Shown here: positions 1-12,811 of the stretch, one piece after another | How the letters are laid out: every line of letters starts with the position of its first letter | How positions within the stretch are numbered: the first letter of the stretch is position 1 | From: Octopus bimaculoides | Lineage: Eukaryota | Direction: 5' to 3' | Length of the DNA stretch: 64,000 nucleotides | Assembly: GCF_001194135.2 (NCBI RefSeq) | Contig: NC_068988.1 | Location: forward strand, 84,254,938-84,318,937 | Notes under the pieces: model-generated | The model's input: only the letters and a program-made list of their open reading frames with translations | Told to the model about the DNA's origin: nothing | The model's database searches: none | Translations under genes and position numbers: made by a program

Positions 1-1529
1 ATTAAATCCTTCAAGGGGGTACCCCAGCATGGCTGCAGTTCATTAACTGCAATAAGTAAAAGAAATGTATAACTCCACACTACATGATGCCATAAAATTA
101 AAAATTTAGATGAGACGTGATGAATCTGGTAATTACAAAAATTACCTGATAATTAGGAAAAAATTTTATTCTGACCAGTAGTGAGTCTTTCAGTAGACAA
201 CTCATTTGTGTTAGGGGATGAGATAGAGGTCTTAGATGTTGGCATAACTTTGTTTCTTTTCTTTTTTATTTTAGAAAGGGGAGGGAAGAGGAACAGTGCC
301 CATGACCTTTGCAGGAAAGCTTGAAATAATTAACTGACATTATTGTCTGCAATGTTCTGAAAATAACTTGCCAAAATTGACGACGCATAAAAATAATAAT
401 TTCTCCAATTGGTGCAAGGCCACACGTTTTAGGGGAGAATATATTTCTGGTAGCTGACTGATACTGTATTTTATTTTTAAGTCCAGAGAGATAAATATCA
501 ACGCTGACAAAATGTAAAACTCAGAATGTAACAGAGATTTAGTAATTAAATGCTGTAAGTGATTTTTGGTCCTGTGCTGTATTTATCATTTGCGATAGCA
601 GAATCAATAAAATACCTTGCTGTATTTAGTTGTCATCACTTTGTTAAATTCAAATCCAGTTCAGAGCAACTTTAAATGTCATCGTTTTAAAGTCAATAAA
701 ATAAAGTGCCTGTGAAGTGAGTGGATTGATTTCATCAACTATATCTCACCCTTGAAATTTATGGTCTTCTTCCTATGTTAGAAAACAGTTTTAGTATTAG
801 AATGGTTGATTGGCAGAACTATTAGTGTTGGATAAAATGCCTTGAGGTATTTATTCTGGCTTTTTACATTCGAAGTTCAGATCAAAGGTCAGCTTTGTCC
901 TTCATCCCTTCAGGGTTGATAATATATAGTATCAATCAAACGTTAGGAGTAATGATATTAACCTCGTCACCTCAAAATTGCTGGCACTTGTCCCTAAATT
1001 AGAAACAATTAAGAGTGATGGTTGGCAGAATTATTAGAGTACTAGCAAAAATAACCCCTGGTATTTGTTTTGGATTCTTGCATTCTGAGTTCAAATTCTG
1101 CTGGGGCCAAATTTACATTTCATCTTTTCAGGGTCAATAAAATAAATTTTAATACTGGAGTCACTGATATCAAGTAACCTTATTCCCTCAGAAACTATTA
1201 TTATTGTAATTATTATTTACACTCAGAGGTCAAATCTGACAATGTTCATTTTTAAAGAGTGATAAGATAAAGTACTAGCCAAGTACTAGGTTTGAGGCTA
1301 TCAACTAATCCCCTCACTTCATAATTAATTACTGGTCTTGTGCCTAGAGTTAGAAACCGTTATTAATCTGGTGGTGAATGTGCAGTATTGATGAATGTCC
1401 AAGAAAATTTTAATTACGCACTTTAACATTGAGTTGATAAAATAGTTCCATTCAATGTCATGGTTGATTAGTCCTTTCTTACAAATTCATACTTTTTTTT
1501 TACAAATTCATGCTTAGAAATCATTATTA

Positions 1530-1764
1530 CAATGGCAGAAATCTGGCAGAAACGTTAGCACGCCGGGCGAAATGCTTAGCAGTATTTCGTCTGCCGTTAC
1601 GTTCTGGGTTCAAATTCCGCCGAGGTTGACTTTGCCTTTCATCCTTTCGGGGTCGATAAATTAAGTACCAGTTACGCACTGGGGTCGATGTAATCGACTT
1701 AATCACTTTGTCTGTCCTTGTTTGTCCCCTCTATGTTTAGCCCCTTGTGGGCAATAAAGAAATA
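1530..1764 (+). mobile_element. tRNA-derived SINE family A, young copy
   Basis: A-box/B-box-like head (TGGCAGAAACGTTAGC...GGTTCAAATTCC) and core ACTTTGCCTTTCATCCTTTCGGGGTCGATAAATTAAGTACCAG. 14-bp TSD AGAAATCATTATTA at 1516-29 and 1765-78. Older copies near 790, 1015, 1795, 9940, 10145, 30035, 40430, 45795, 46380, 46625 and 60870. Confidence 0.85.
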
Positions 1765-4700
1765 AGAAATCATTATTAGGGCTCAAGTGAAGGGAGTGAG
1801 CTGACAGAATTGTTAGCATGACAGGCAACATGCTTAGTTGCACTTTGTCTTTAGGTTCTGCATCCCACTGAGATCAACTTTGCCATTCATCCTTTCAGGG
1901 TCAATAAACTAAGTACCAGTTGATTATTGGGGTTGATTACATAGACTTGCCTCTTCCCTCGAACTTGTTGGCCTTGTGCCAAAATTTGAAACCATGATTA
2001 GGGCTTGGTTGAAGATGACACCAGATGACCCAGTAGTACCCTTTGAGGAACAGATGCCACTGTGATGTTGTTAGAAAAAGCAGGGTGAGAAGAGATTTGT
2101 GGACCAGAGGTTAGTTTGTATTGGCAAGTAGCTATGTGATAATGAGTTCGGTGATATTATTTTAGATGCAGTTTAAGATGCTTTTATCTTCCTATAAATT
2201 CCCATGTTGACATGTTTTGTCATAGACCAAGGAAGCAGTGTCCTTCCACACATCTCAGTTTTCATCATTTTAATGTATACTTTTCTATGCTTGCATTGAA
2301 TTCGTTAAGACAGATTTTCTATGACCAGGTGCCCTCCCTGTCATCAACCCTCATCTGTTTCCAAGTCAGGTAATAGTTTCCCATGACCAGACATATTTAC
2401 ATGGAGGATTGGGAACAAAGTGCATTGCTAGTTTGACACTGACCTCATTTACAACTCTATCGTGTGATGTTGAGACAAGGTGACACCAATACACACACTG
2501 TTTACCAAATCCACTCACAAAGCTTTGGTTGACCCAGGGCTTTAGTAGAAGTCACTTGCTCAAAGTATCATACAGTGAGACTGAACCTGAAACCATGTGG
2601 TTGGGAAGCAAACTTCTTATCCACACAGTCATGTCTGGGCCTATATTACATATTACATTCTATAAGGATGCAGCTCACAACATGATGCTGCATCTATTTT
2701 ATACTGACATGAGTGGGAGGATTCCTTTTGGAGAAAAATTATGACTATTTTGCATATTCTTAAGACAGTTGTCTTTTTCGGTACACCTTTTCCCATTTTC
2801 TGTTGTTAATTAGTCAGCTATATGTACAGATAGGACTGAAATAACTTGATAAACATCTCTACATCACCAATCATTGAATAAAGAGAGGTTGGTTATTGGT
2901 TTGGTTGGTTTATTGGTGTATCTTGTAATTATTATTACACCAATGTTGGATTTGTAGATTGCAACCAATCTTTCTCCACTCCCATGTTAGTTTGGATTGT
3001 TTAGATAAACAAAAGAAGCGAGAAGGGTGCAGAATATTGAATTGTAACTATTTTAAAGCTTTAGAAGGTTAGGGCTTCATGAGTTTCATATAGTTTTTAG
3101 ATCTATCGACTGCTGTATTCTCTGTTCATTGATGCTACATTGTTAAGTGTTTACCACTCAGTTATTTATACTTCTTACTATTATGTTTCTTGTTACCCAT
3201 TACAAGATTATCATCCTGATTTCAAGTTTCACTACAATCATAGTGTTATGTTCCTGGATACAGCAAGATAGTTGTAGCCATGCAAGCCAAACAAAATTTG
3301 TCCTATCTAAAAACCAAAAGGAAGTTAAAGCTTTGTTTGCTGGTTGAGTAGCAAAGGAGAACAGCAGGTGGGATAGGGGTGACAGACGTCTAGTTTTTCT
3401 AAAAATCAATTGCACCGCCAATATATTTACACTTTTTGACAAAAAGCCATCTCTATTCATGCTGACATATTAAAAAACAAAATAATAAATGAATGTAATT
3501 CATTGCTGCTTTAGTATCTTCGAATATTGAATTATAAATTGGTAGTAGAAAGATTCAACTATTTTTGCTATTTGTCATGAATTTTATGTTTATAAAAGAA
3601 TGTAAGAACTTCCAATTAAAAACAAATGCTTGTTGGCACCATTTCATCTTCCTGCGTCAAACCAACTACAAAGCCTCTATGCAGCTATTTGATTTTCCTA
3701 GAAATGGCTGCCAAATCTCTCAAATTGCACCCTATTTACTGTCTTAAAAATGGACACCTTGGATAAAACAGTACTATGTACACTACCTCAGAAAACAATT
3801 TGAATGATCATAGCTGGAATAGCTTTGATTGTAGGTCTGCTTAGTCAGGACTCATTTAAAACACAGAAAAATAAAGAAATGTCGAACACTTATCAACATA
3901 AGTTCAATACTTTTTACTAGTTTACAATTTCCTGTGAAAATTTTGAAATATAAAACTGGGTTCAGTGACTCATCCTAGCATTGATTGGGATTTTACTCTA
4001 ATTGAGAAGATATAATATTGCAGAGTGCAATCAATACAAACAGGAAACTTCATTATGGTTGCTTAATTTGTTAGAAATAGCAGTAAAATCTGCCTCAAAT
4101 TATAACCCTATTGTCTTAGAAAAAGAAAAGAAAAACAACAGGTCAGACATGTTGGATAATGTAGTGTTGAGAGTTGGTTTGACTGCATCACTTTTGATCA
4201 TGGATTTGCTGGATCAGGTGTGACTGGAGCTATAAACAGTGACAATAACAATATTAGATTGTGTTGGTATCAGAAACAGAAGACCTCAAGAAATATGTAT
4301 ATATGTGTGTGTATAAATGTATAAATTTTCCAAATGCATCCTGTCCATGCTAACATGCAAAAAAAAAAAAAAAAAAAATGTAAACTAATAAGAATTTTAA
4401 AAAATCCCCAAATTGGGTAATGGCACATGAATGACTGAATTGAAAACATTTAAACCCCAAGTTTTTTTCCTTTTTTGTTTGTTTGGCAAAGCTGAAGGGG
4501 ACTCAGCAGTGGGGATGGAGGATTCTATGACCTAAAAAGTAAATAAATGAGAAAGAAAAAAATGCACTTCTTCCTTGAAGCATCTGATTCTTCATGGTAG
4601 AAATCAATTTTTCTGCCTTTCACCTCTTCCCCTTCCTCATTCCATATGGAACAATTCTTAAGTAGCAACTAGAAAAGAAAGAGCTAGTTGATACCATTGT

Positions 4701-5349
4701 TACTCAATCCAGCAGATCTTAAGGGAAAGGGTGGCAGCTGTGGTAGGGGTTGGATGTCCTATATGGTGATGATGATATAAAAGATTAGTAGGAAAGTTGG
4801 ATCAATAATATGGAAAAGATGGTTAATGGCTGGATGAGGAAGAAAATGCACACACATTCACATAATGTAGAAGGAGTTTCAAATCTATTAAAATTATATT
4901 TGAAGATGTTTTAGCAGGAATTTGGCAGATGTTTTTTTAATTTTATTCTTTGGGGGTTTCAAACAAAATGAAAACAAAAGCTTTTCTTTTTCAATCTTAG
5001 CCTCCCCCACTTTTTTCCCCCTATTTCCACCATTTTATATAATATTTGTTTTCTTTTATGCATAAGGTATTTAAGGTGAGGTTAGTATTGATCTGCCTGA
5101 ATGAAGTCCCATGTGAGTTGCAGCCAATGTTGTACAAGTTCCAAGTCTGAAAACAGAAAAGAGTGGGAAAGGTGGGGGAAGGATGTGAGTTTTCCCCAAG
5201 AATTAGAAATAAATCAATATTTTAGATTAAAAAAAAAAAATCTAGTCTTTGATTTATTTTTTAATCATACTATGATGACTATTTTTATTTTCATATTTAA
5301 ATACCCTTTTATACTAAAAACTACTCAAATTTCAATATAACATGTAATC

Positions 5350-6100
5350 CCTTGTCAACCAAGCAAACTGAGGTAATCAGTCATGTACCTTATCTAGTGG
5401 CACAACCCTGTACTTGTTACATCTTGCTTATTGTGGTAACATGGGTGGGCATATTCTTTTGGGGCAAAGTATAGATATTTACATATTGTTGAAGCAGTTG
5501 CCTTCATAGGTAAACCTTTCTTCCCATCTTGTTGTTAATCGGTCTACTATAATTACAAATAGATCTTGCTTGGTAACTGATTTTCCAGTGGCATAAATGT
5601 ATTAGTTGTAAGGTCTTGAATTCATAACCCACATGGTCAATGATGTTTCAACTGTTGCACATCTTGGCTGAGACAATAAGATGCAAGTATCAGTTTAAAG
5701 GTTCACAGTTCATACCACATCATCAAACTTTAGTCTTCAGCAAAAAAACATTTTAACAGTTAGTGGACAGTCAGATCTAATTTAGAGCTAATTCACTTTG
5801 GAAAAGAAGATATCTGGGCCAACAATTAGACAAATCTTCAGTTATCCATCACAATGATGACATCAAGCTGAACAATCAAATTTATCAAGTCCTGTAGGCA
5901 CATCTTCAGTTGTTCAATATACTAGTGAAGTTGATGACCAACAGTCATACCTTTAATTGTCCACTTGAATGAGGATACCAACTGATATATACAGTCACAT
6001 TAACTATATACTGTTACTATACCAGGAGTGGTAAACGACAACTTGCAGGCCATATCCAGTCCATGACCTCATTCCATCTGGCCTGATAAATTCAGTGAAT
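5350..6100 (-). mobile_element. Gypsy-type LTR retrotransposon integrase relic
   Basis: Minus strand 5580-5470 reads SVTKQDLFVIIVDRLTTRWEE, then after a frameshift PMKATASTICKYL, resembling the rve core (xIxVDxxTKWxEAxP..TAxxV). Highly decayed. Confidence 0.45.
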
Positions 6101-7292
6101 ATGTGACATTGCAAACAAAAAATCTTTCGTTTTTTCATTTCTTTTCTTTGGTTCATGGATAATAAAATTTAAAGTAAAGTAGAGCAAAGTTGTGTAAAGT
6201 AGAGCAAGATTTCTTGCAGTTGATAAAAAAAATCTAAGTTTCTTCAGGTGCATAAGTAGTAATTGCTTTCACCTTCCTGAATAAATGGAATAATTGACTA
6301 CCAGGGTCTCATATTAATTTATATGACTTATTGATTCTAAGAAAGGTGGGAGTGACAAAAATTGTCTGAGTAAAACAGGTTATCTAGTTGGTTTACTTTA
6401 TTTGAAACTACTGTTACTCCCATTCATCTGAACTACTGTTTTAACCATTAACTATATTATTATAGTATAGATGTTATGTCATAGAGAAGACCTACGCATA
6501 CACACTGATTATTAAGGTAGCTCTGGAAAATGGAATCACCAGTAGCATTGAAGCAACCTTGGGAAAACTATTAAGAATAAGGAAAGAGGGAGATACTTTA
6601 TCTCTACACCATCCTCATCATGAGTAATAATACCAATGTTATGTACTTTCTGATGTAGACATAAACTTATAAACATGTTTGCTGTTACATAGAGAATATG
6701 AAAGTACTTTTATAAACATCATTATACATGTATATGATTTCTATAATGGAAACATTGTGTTGAAAGTTAATCTAACAGCTGGACTATCATGGTTTCATTT
6801 TTATTTCTTAGTAGGAGGGCTTCTGAGATTGGTGAGAGTTGGGGAAGAAGGTATCCATAAAATTGAGTCTGGTCCCAAACACTAGCAACAGAGTGGAAAC
6901 CACTAAAATCATCGAAGGTGCCACATGGTGGTGTTAAATCATATGATGAACTAAGTCATATGATGACCATGTAGGTCATGGTAGGATTTGAACTCGGAAC
7001 ACTAAGAGCCAGAACAAATACTGCAAGACATCAAGTCCAACATAGTTCCACCAATCTATTATCTTGTATTGGGATTTTTTTTTTTTTTATTGAGCTACAA
7101 AAGAATGGAAAGTGAAGTTGAACTCTTTGCACTCACCACAGGCTCAATATACTTGATTCAGGTAGGGAATGAATTAAAAATCACTTTTACAGAAAACTTG
7201 ATTTGAAGATTTGAAATTTCATATTGATAAAAGCCAAAAATGCTTTTGGAAATCAGAATCAAACATTTTATGTAAATGTATGTAAATGTATG

Positions 7293-7871
7293 NNNNNNNN
7301 NNNNNNNNNNNNNNNNNNNNNNNNNNNNNNNNNNNNNNNNNNNNNNNNNNNNNNNNNNNNNNNNNNNNNNNNNNNNNNNNNNNNNNNNNNNNNNNNNNNN
7401 NNNNNNNNNNNNNNNNNNNNNNNNNNNNNNNNNNNNNNNNNNNNNNNNNNNNNNNNNNNNNNNNNNNNNNNNNNNNNNNNNNNNNNNNNNNNNNNNNNNN
7501 NNNNNNNNNNNNNNNNNNNNNNNNNNNNNNNNNNNNNNNNNNNNNNNNNNNNNNNNNNNNNNNNNNNNNNNNNNNNNNNNNNNNNNNNNNNNNNNNNNNN
7601 NNNNNNNNNNNNNNNNNNNNNNNNNNNNNNNNNNNNNNNNNNNNNNNNNNNNNNNNNNNNNNNNNNNNNNNNNNNNNNNNNNNNNNNNNNNNNNNNNNNN
7701 NNNNNNNNNNNNNNNNNNNNNNNNNNNNNNNNNNNNNNNNNNNNNNNNNNNNNNNNNNNNNNNNNNNNNNNNNNNNNNNNNNNNNNNNNNNNNNNNNNNN
7801 NNNNNNNNNNNNNNNNNNNNNNNNNNNNNNNNNNNNNNNNNNNNNNNNNNNNNNNNNNNNNNNNNNNNNNN
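7293..7871. other. Assembly gap (N)
   Basis: N run. Further gaps at 49907-50356, 55859-56251 and 62026-62611, each abutting (TA)n. Confidence 1.
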
Positions 7872-7881
7872 TATATATATA

Positions 7882-8141
7882 TATATATAAAATATATAGT
7901 TTTGGGGAAAATAACCAATTTTCAAGAACTCATTGATGAAAATCCACTATCACATATTATTATATTTATATTATTATTATATTATATTATATTATATTTA
8001 TCTTATGATATTTACTTTACTTTATATTATACTCATTTATTGTGCTTTTAATTATTAATTTTTCTATATGTGATAGTGGATTTTCATCGATGAGTTCTTG
8101 AAAATTGGTTATTTTCCCTAAAACTATATATTTTATATATA
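7882..8141. repeat. 76-bp near-perfect inverted repeat with an AT-rich loop
   Basis: 7882-7957 is the reverse complement of 8066-8141 with only 2 mismatches. Confidence 0.9.
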
Positions 8142-9203
8142 CTTTATCTATAAGGCTCAATTTAATTTTAATTTTTTATAAATTGATTTTAATTGAGTTT
8201 TTTTACCTGTAATTTTGGATTTTGTCCCTAATATTATTACTTTATTAGAATCACTTTTCAGAATAACATCAAAAGATTTTTAAAAAATCACCTTGGGCAA
8301 GTGTTTTCTACCGTAGCCTTGTGAGTGAAATTGGTAAATGAAAACTGAAAGAAGCCTGATGTATATTTGTGTGTGTGCACACACGCACACATGCATGCTA
8401 CTCTCGCTTTGCCCTAACATCATGTGATAGTTGTAAGCAAGCGTCACCATTATGCAAGTAGTGTTCTTTGTTTCTAATTTTCCAAGACATTGTCTGGTAA
8501 CGGGAAATATTACTTTACTTGGAAACAAGTGAGGGATCGCAGCATAAAGGGCATCCAACTGTAGAAAATCCACCTCAACAAATTCTGTCTTACTTATGCA
8601 AGTATGGAAAAGCAGACATTAAAATGATGATGATGATGATATTTCATAAGCACACTAAGAACTTTATTATTCCACAGTACTGTTGCGCAGTCCACTTTTA
8701 AAATAAGAGAATAAATTAGTTATCAAAAAAAAGAAAAAAAAAAAAAAGGATTTTTCATCTTCAGATGTGATATTACTTTTGTAGTAGGTATGTAAAAAAA
8801 AATTAATTTCCTAAGGATGCAGGTGGGAGAGCATAGGGAAGGTTGGGAACACACTAAACAAAGTGGACTGTCTTAGTCACATGGCACATGTTTACATCTC
8901 GGTAGACTGGGCTATCACCTAGTATCTATATTATATACAGCTAGGTGGACTGGCCCAATCTGTCAAGTGCCATGACTACAGACACTGTAGTCATGGCACT
9001 TCCCCTACTCTCTTGCATTTCTAGTCAGACAACCTATTCTCTGTCCTCTTCACCCCATCCACCTCATAGTATCTCTCTCTTTCTCCCCCCCCCCACCTTC
9101 CCAATACATCTCTACTTTCCATCCATCATCACCATTACCAGAAATGTTAATGTTTTTGTCAAAGTATAGTGGTGGTACATTTGTATGAAATTGCCAGTGG
9201 ACT

Positions 9204-9246
<43 letters not shown>

Positions 9247-11213
9247 ACGGCTAAATGTCACTGTAGGGACAATCTAATCTGAACTTCTGGTATATTTCTC
9301 TGACTCTCCATTTACTGCAGCCCGTTGTTTTGTTTCAGACAGAAACCACACCTTTTTGCCTTTGGAGGGTGGCAGTGGAATTTGTATTTGTTTGTGTAAA
9401 GCTGTGTCTGCGTGTGTGTGTGCACCAGTGCAGTGTATGTATGTATGTATGTATGTATGTATCTTTCCATATGCATGTATCAGTGACGTGTGTATGGCTG
9501 TGCGTATGCCTCTGTGTGTATGTAAGTCTGTGTCCATGTATGTCTGAATGCGCTTGCCTCCTGGTGTATATGTGAGTCTGCATGAATGTACCCTACTAAT
9601 AATGCTATAAAACACACTATCTCCCTTCCCCTTTTATTCGAGCAAGTATTCTCCAAGATCTTTTTTTCTCTTTTTTTTTTTTTTTACTATAACTGGTTGG
9701 GTGGGGAAAATATGTCGAAAAATCCAAGTGTACTCACTGTATTAGATGGTTATGAAGGTTAGTATTTGTCACTTGAACTGGCAGGTCTCCCCCATTTGAG
9801 GATACCTTCTTCGTGCCATTCCACCAGTCTCAGAAGCCCTTTTAAACAACTTTCTGCTCAGTGAGAGTGGAGATAGGGGAATGTAGTACAAGGGTATACA
9901 AAGGCTCAGTCACCAGGTATGTGTTAGTGCAATAATAATTCTTTCTATTATAGGTGCAAGGCTTGAAATATTGACGGAGGGAGCTACTTGGCTACATCAG
10001 CCACAATGCTCAACTGTTACCTACTTCATTGCCTCAAAAGGATGAGAACAAAGTTGACCTTAACAGCATCTGGAGTTGAAAGAAATACTGATAAACATTT
10101 TGTCTGATGTACTAATGATTCTTCCAGCTCACTGCCTTAATAAAAATAATTTCAAATTTTGGTACAAGGCCAGCAATTTCAGGGAAGGGGCCTAGTCAAT
10201 TACATCAATCCCAGTGTATGACTAGTGACTTATTTTATCAACCCTGAAAGGTTGAAAAGTAAAGTTGACCTCACCAGAATTTGAATTCAGAATGTAGAGC
10301 CAGAAGAAATGCTGCTAAGCATTTTGTCTGGCATACTAATAATTCTGCTAGCTTGCTGCCTTAATAATTTCTAAAATAAGCATGAAGCCATAAATTTGGT
10401 GGAAAAGGAATAGTTATTCAGTACTTGACAGGTAGATTATTTTGTTGGTCCTTAGGATCATTGAAGGCATGTTGGCCATAATGGGATTTGGACTCTGGAC
10501 CTAAGTATTTCACAGCATTTTGTCCCTTGCTCTGCTAAGTCTGTGAGAATCTAAAGTCTTGGTATTAAGCACTGTAATCACCAACTGACAAAGGAAAGGA
10601 TAACAGACTGTATATACCTGGACCACATATCTATCTATCTATCTATATATATATATGTGTGTGTGTGTGTTTGGTGAATACTAGTTATTACATCAGTATT
10701 TGGCTGAAAATTTGTGAGTTTTAGCCTTAAATTACTGTGCTTTTCCTGATTCACTTCACTAATAATTCAGCACCCTTAATGCTCAAAATTATTTCACGTT
10801 TATTGACCCCTGGATAGCGAAACAAATACCCCCTCCCCAAAGGTTAATGCTGACCATTTTGTCAACTTCTGTTCTAATTAAACTGAATACAAGGCAGAAT
10901 GGTCACAGTCACAACACCTACTTACTGTATGTCTGCTGGATCAGGGGTGACTTCAGCTAAACAGCAATATAACACTGTATAACATTGTTAATCTGTTGCT
11001 GCTGGGTGCAAAGTGTCAATATCTAACAGTGAAAGTTACTTAGGACAAAAGCAGCAGATTTGGGTGGGGCAGTCACGGATGTTGGGTCACAGATGAGATG
11101 ATGCAGGATTGAGAAGAAGGGTGGTACATTTTATTTGTAGACATGTCCACGCATAGCTAAGTTCTAAAGCCCTTAACGTTTCAGACATTGCTCTAACTTG
11201 TTGTCCATAAGCG

Positions 11214-11630
11214 CTCTAGCATTTAAACCAGCCATATCCAGCCGAAATATTCTATCTGGTTTATGCTCAAACTAGCCAGATCCTGCTTCTTGCGCCTACT
11301 TTATACTGTCATTTTAAAAATATACAATCATATTATTAAAAATTCGAAGCTATAAGATAATGTATGATTAATTCAAAACATTGTTGATAGATGGCAGAGT
11401 GATCTGAATGCTAAAGGGTTAAATCAGCTATATCCAGTCCAAATATTCTACTTGGTTTATGCTCAAACTAGCCAGATCCTGCCTCTCACACCTATTTTAC
11501 ACTGTCATTCTAAAAATATATAACCATCTCATTAAAAATTGAAAGCTATGAGATGATGCATGACTTAATTCAAAACAATGTGAATAAATAAGCGTTACAT
11601 TGGACAATAATCTGAATGCTAAAGGGGTAA
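11214..11630 (-). mobile_element. Tandem pair of piggyBac-type MITEs in reverse orientation
   Basis: Two ~205-bp reverse-complement copies of the 16099 family, joined at TTAA 11419-22. Confidence 0.8.
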
Positions 11631-12589
11631 GGAACAGTGAAATAACCAGGATTAAAATTCCAAATACAGCTGATGTTTTATACATTTGAAACAAGGCATT
11701 TTGTCCTACATAGCCTCTGTTCACCTAAAAATTTATACTAAAGATACCAGATCAGATGTTAATAACAATACTATAGGTACCAGATAATTTGGGATGTTAA
11801 TAATGTGCTATCTCTGTCCTCCAGTAAAAAAAAAAATGCTTCTCAATTCTATGACCTCTGCTCTACTTCTCCACACTGACCTATTGGGTAGTAAATGTTA
11901 AAATGTTCATACTAATTAGGTCTTATATCACAAAAAAATATTCTCTAAATAGTCTTATAAAGAATGTATTAAAACTTTTTTTTAACACTGATATTTTTTT
12001 AACTGCTTTATCAAAGGGTTTATAGCTAGCTCATCTGTGAATAACAGTGCTACACTAATTTCTTTTCAAATAACTTAAATATGTTCAATATAAACTAAAA
12101 TCAAAATGACATTTCTGTGACATATCGTAAAAAGAAGAAAATAAAAAAAAAGCATTAATGAGACAAACAATCACGTTTTCTTCTCATGGCTGTTGGGTTT
12201 GTTATACAGAGGCTGCTTTTTACATTTTATATGCTGTTATACATAGGCTGTTCTTTGCATTTTATGTGATACAATGTCATCTACTCAGTGGTTCAGCACA
12301 TTTGTCATCCTCTTTCTCTCAAGCTAATATTTCTCACTCCCTCATTCTCACTGTCCTCCACATTCTCTCTTTCCCTTTCACATTTTTCACTTTCTAAACA
12401 CATGTGTATGCACAAATAACACAGCTGTAGATACTCCTAAAAATAAATTAGGCTGATTACAGTTGAAATATGGTTTGATCATAGGTCTGTTTGATCATTA
12501 TTGATCTTGGGCTAAACTACATTTGATTTTATGATACATGATTTGTTATGAATCAATATTTATTATTTTTTTTTTTTTCCCCATTTCAG

Positions 12590-12811
12590 ATTGCTCAATG
12601 GAGTAAACTGTGGCGTTTGATTCAGGGCAGTGACTGTGACACATGTCGAGACTTGGGTGTTGATTTGGCACCCAGTGGTGCTTCTTCTCAGCTAGATCAA
12701 GAGCTTGATCACAGAGTGAAGCGTTTTCTGATGGAGCGTCATATACTTCGCATCCATCTTCCAAATGGAGGATTCAGTATGGTGAAATATGGCGATGCAA
12801 CCGACATTAAG
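12590..12811 (+). CDS. PTK2: FAK exon A (first visible exon; N-terminus and start of FERM F1 lobe)
   Basis: Poly-T tract plus TTTCAG acceptor, AAG|GTAAAT donor, 222 nt, phase 0-0. Translates IAQWSKLW...KRFLMERHILRIHLPNGGFSMVKYGDATDIK, matching vertebrate FAK MERVLKVF...RHGDATDVR. Whether the 47 codons before MER (ATG at 12731) are translated is uncertain. Confidence 0.9.

Noticed and set aside
1540-1630. tRNA gene
   Set aside because: Only A/B-box-like heads of multi-copy SINEs with TSDs; no complete cloverleaf.
7158-8051. Long ORFs across N runs (also 49751-50490, 55794-56309, 61987-62700)
   Set aside because: Artefacts of translating assembly gaps.
9250-9600. Possible upstream non-coding first exon of FAK (GTGAGT donor near 9571)
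   Set aside because: No promoter or transcript evidence; the region is dominated by simple repeats.
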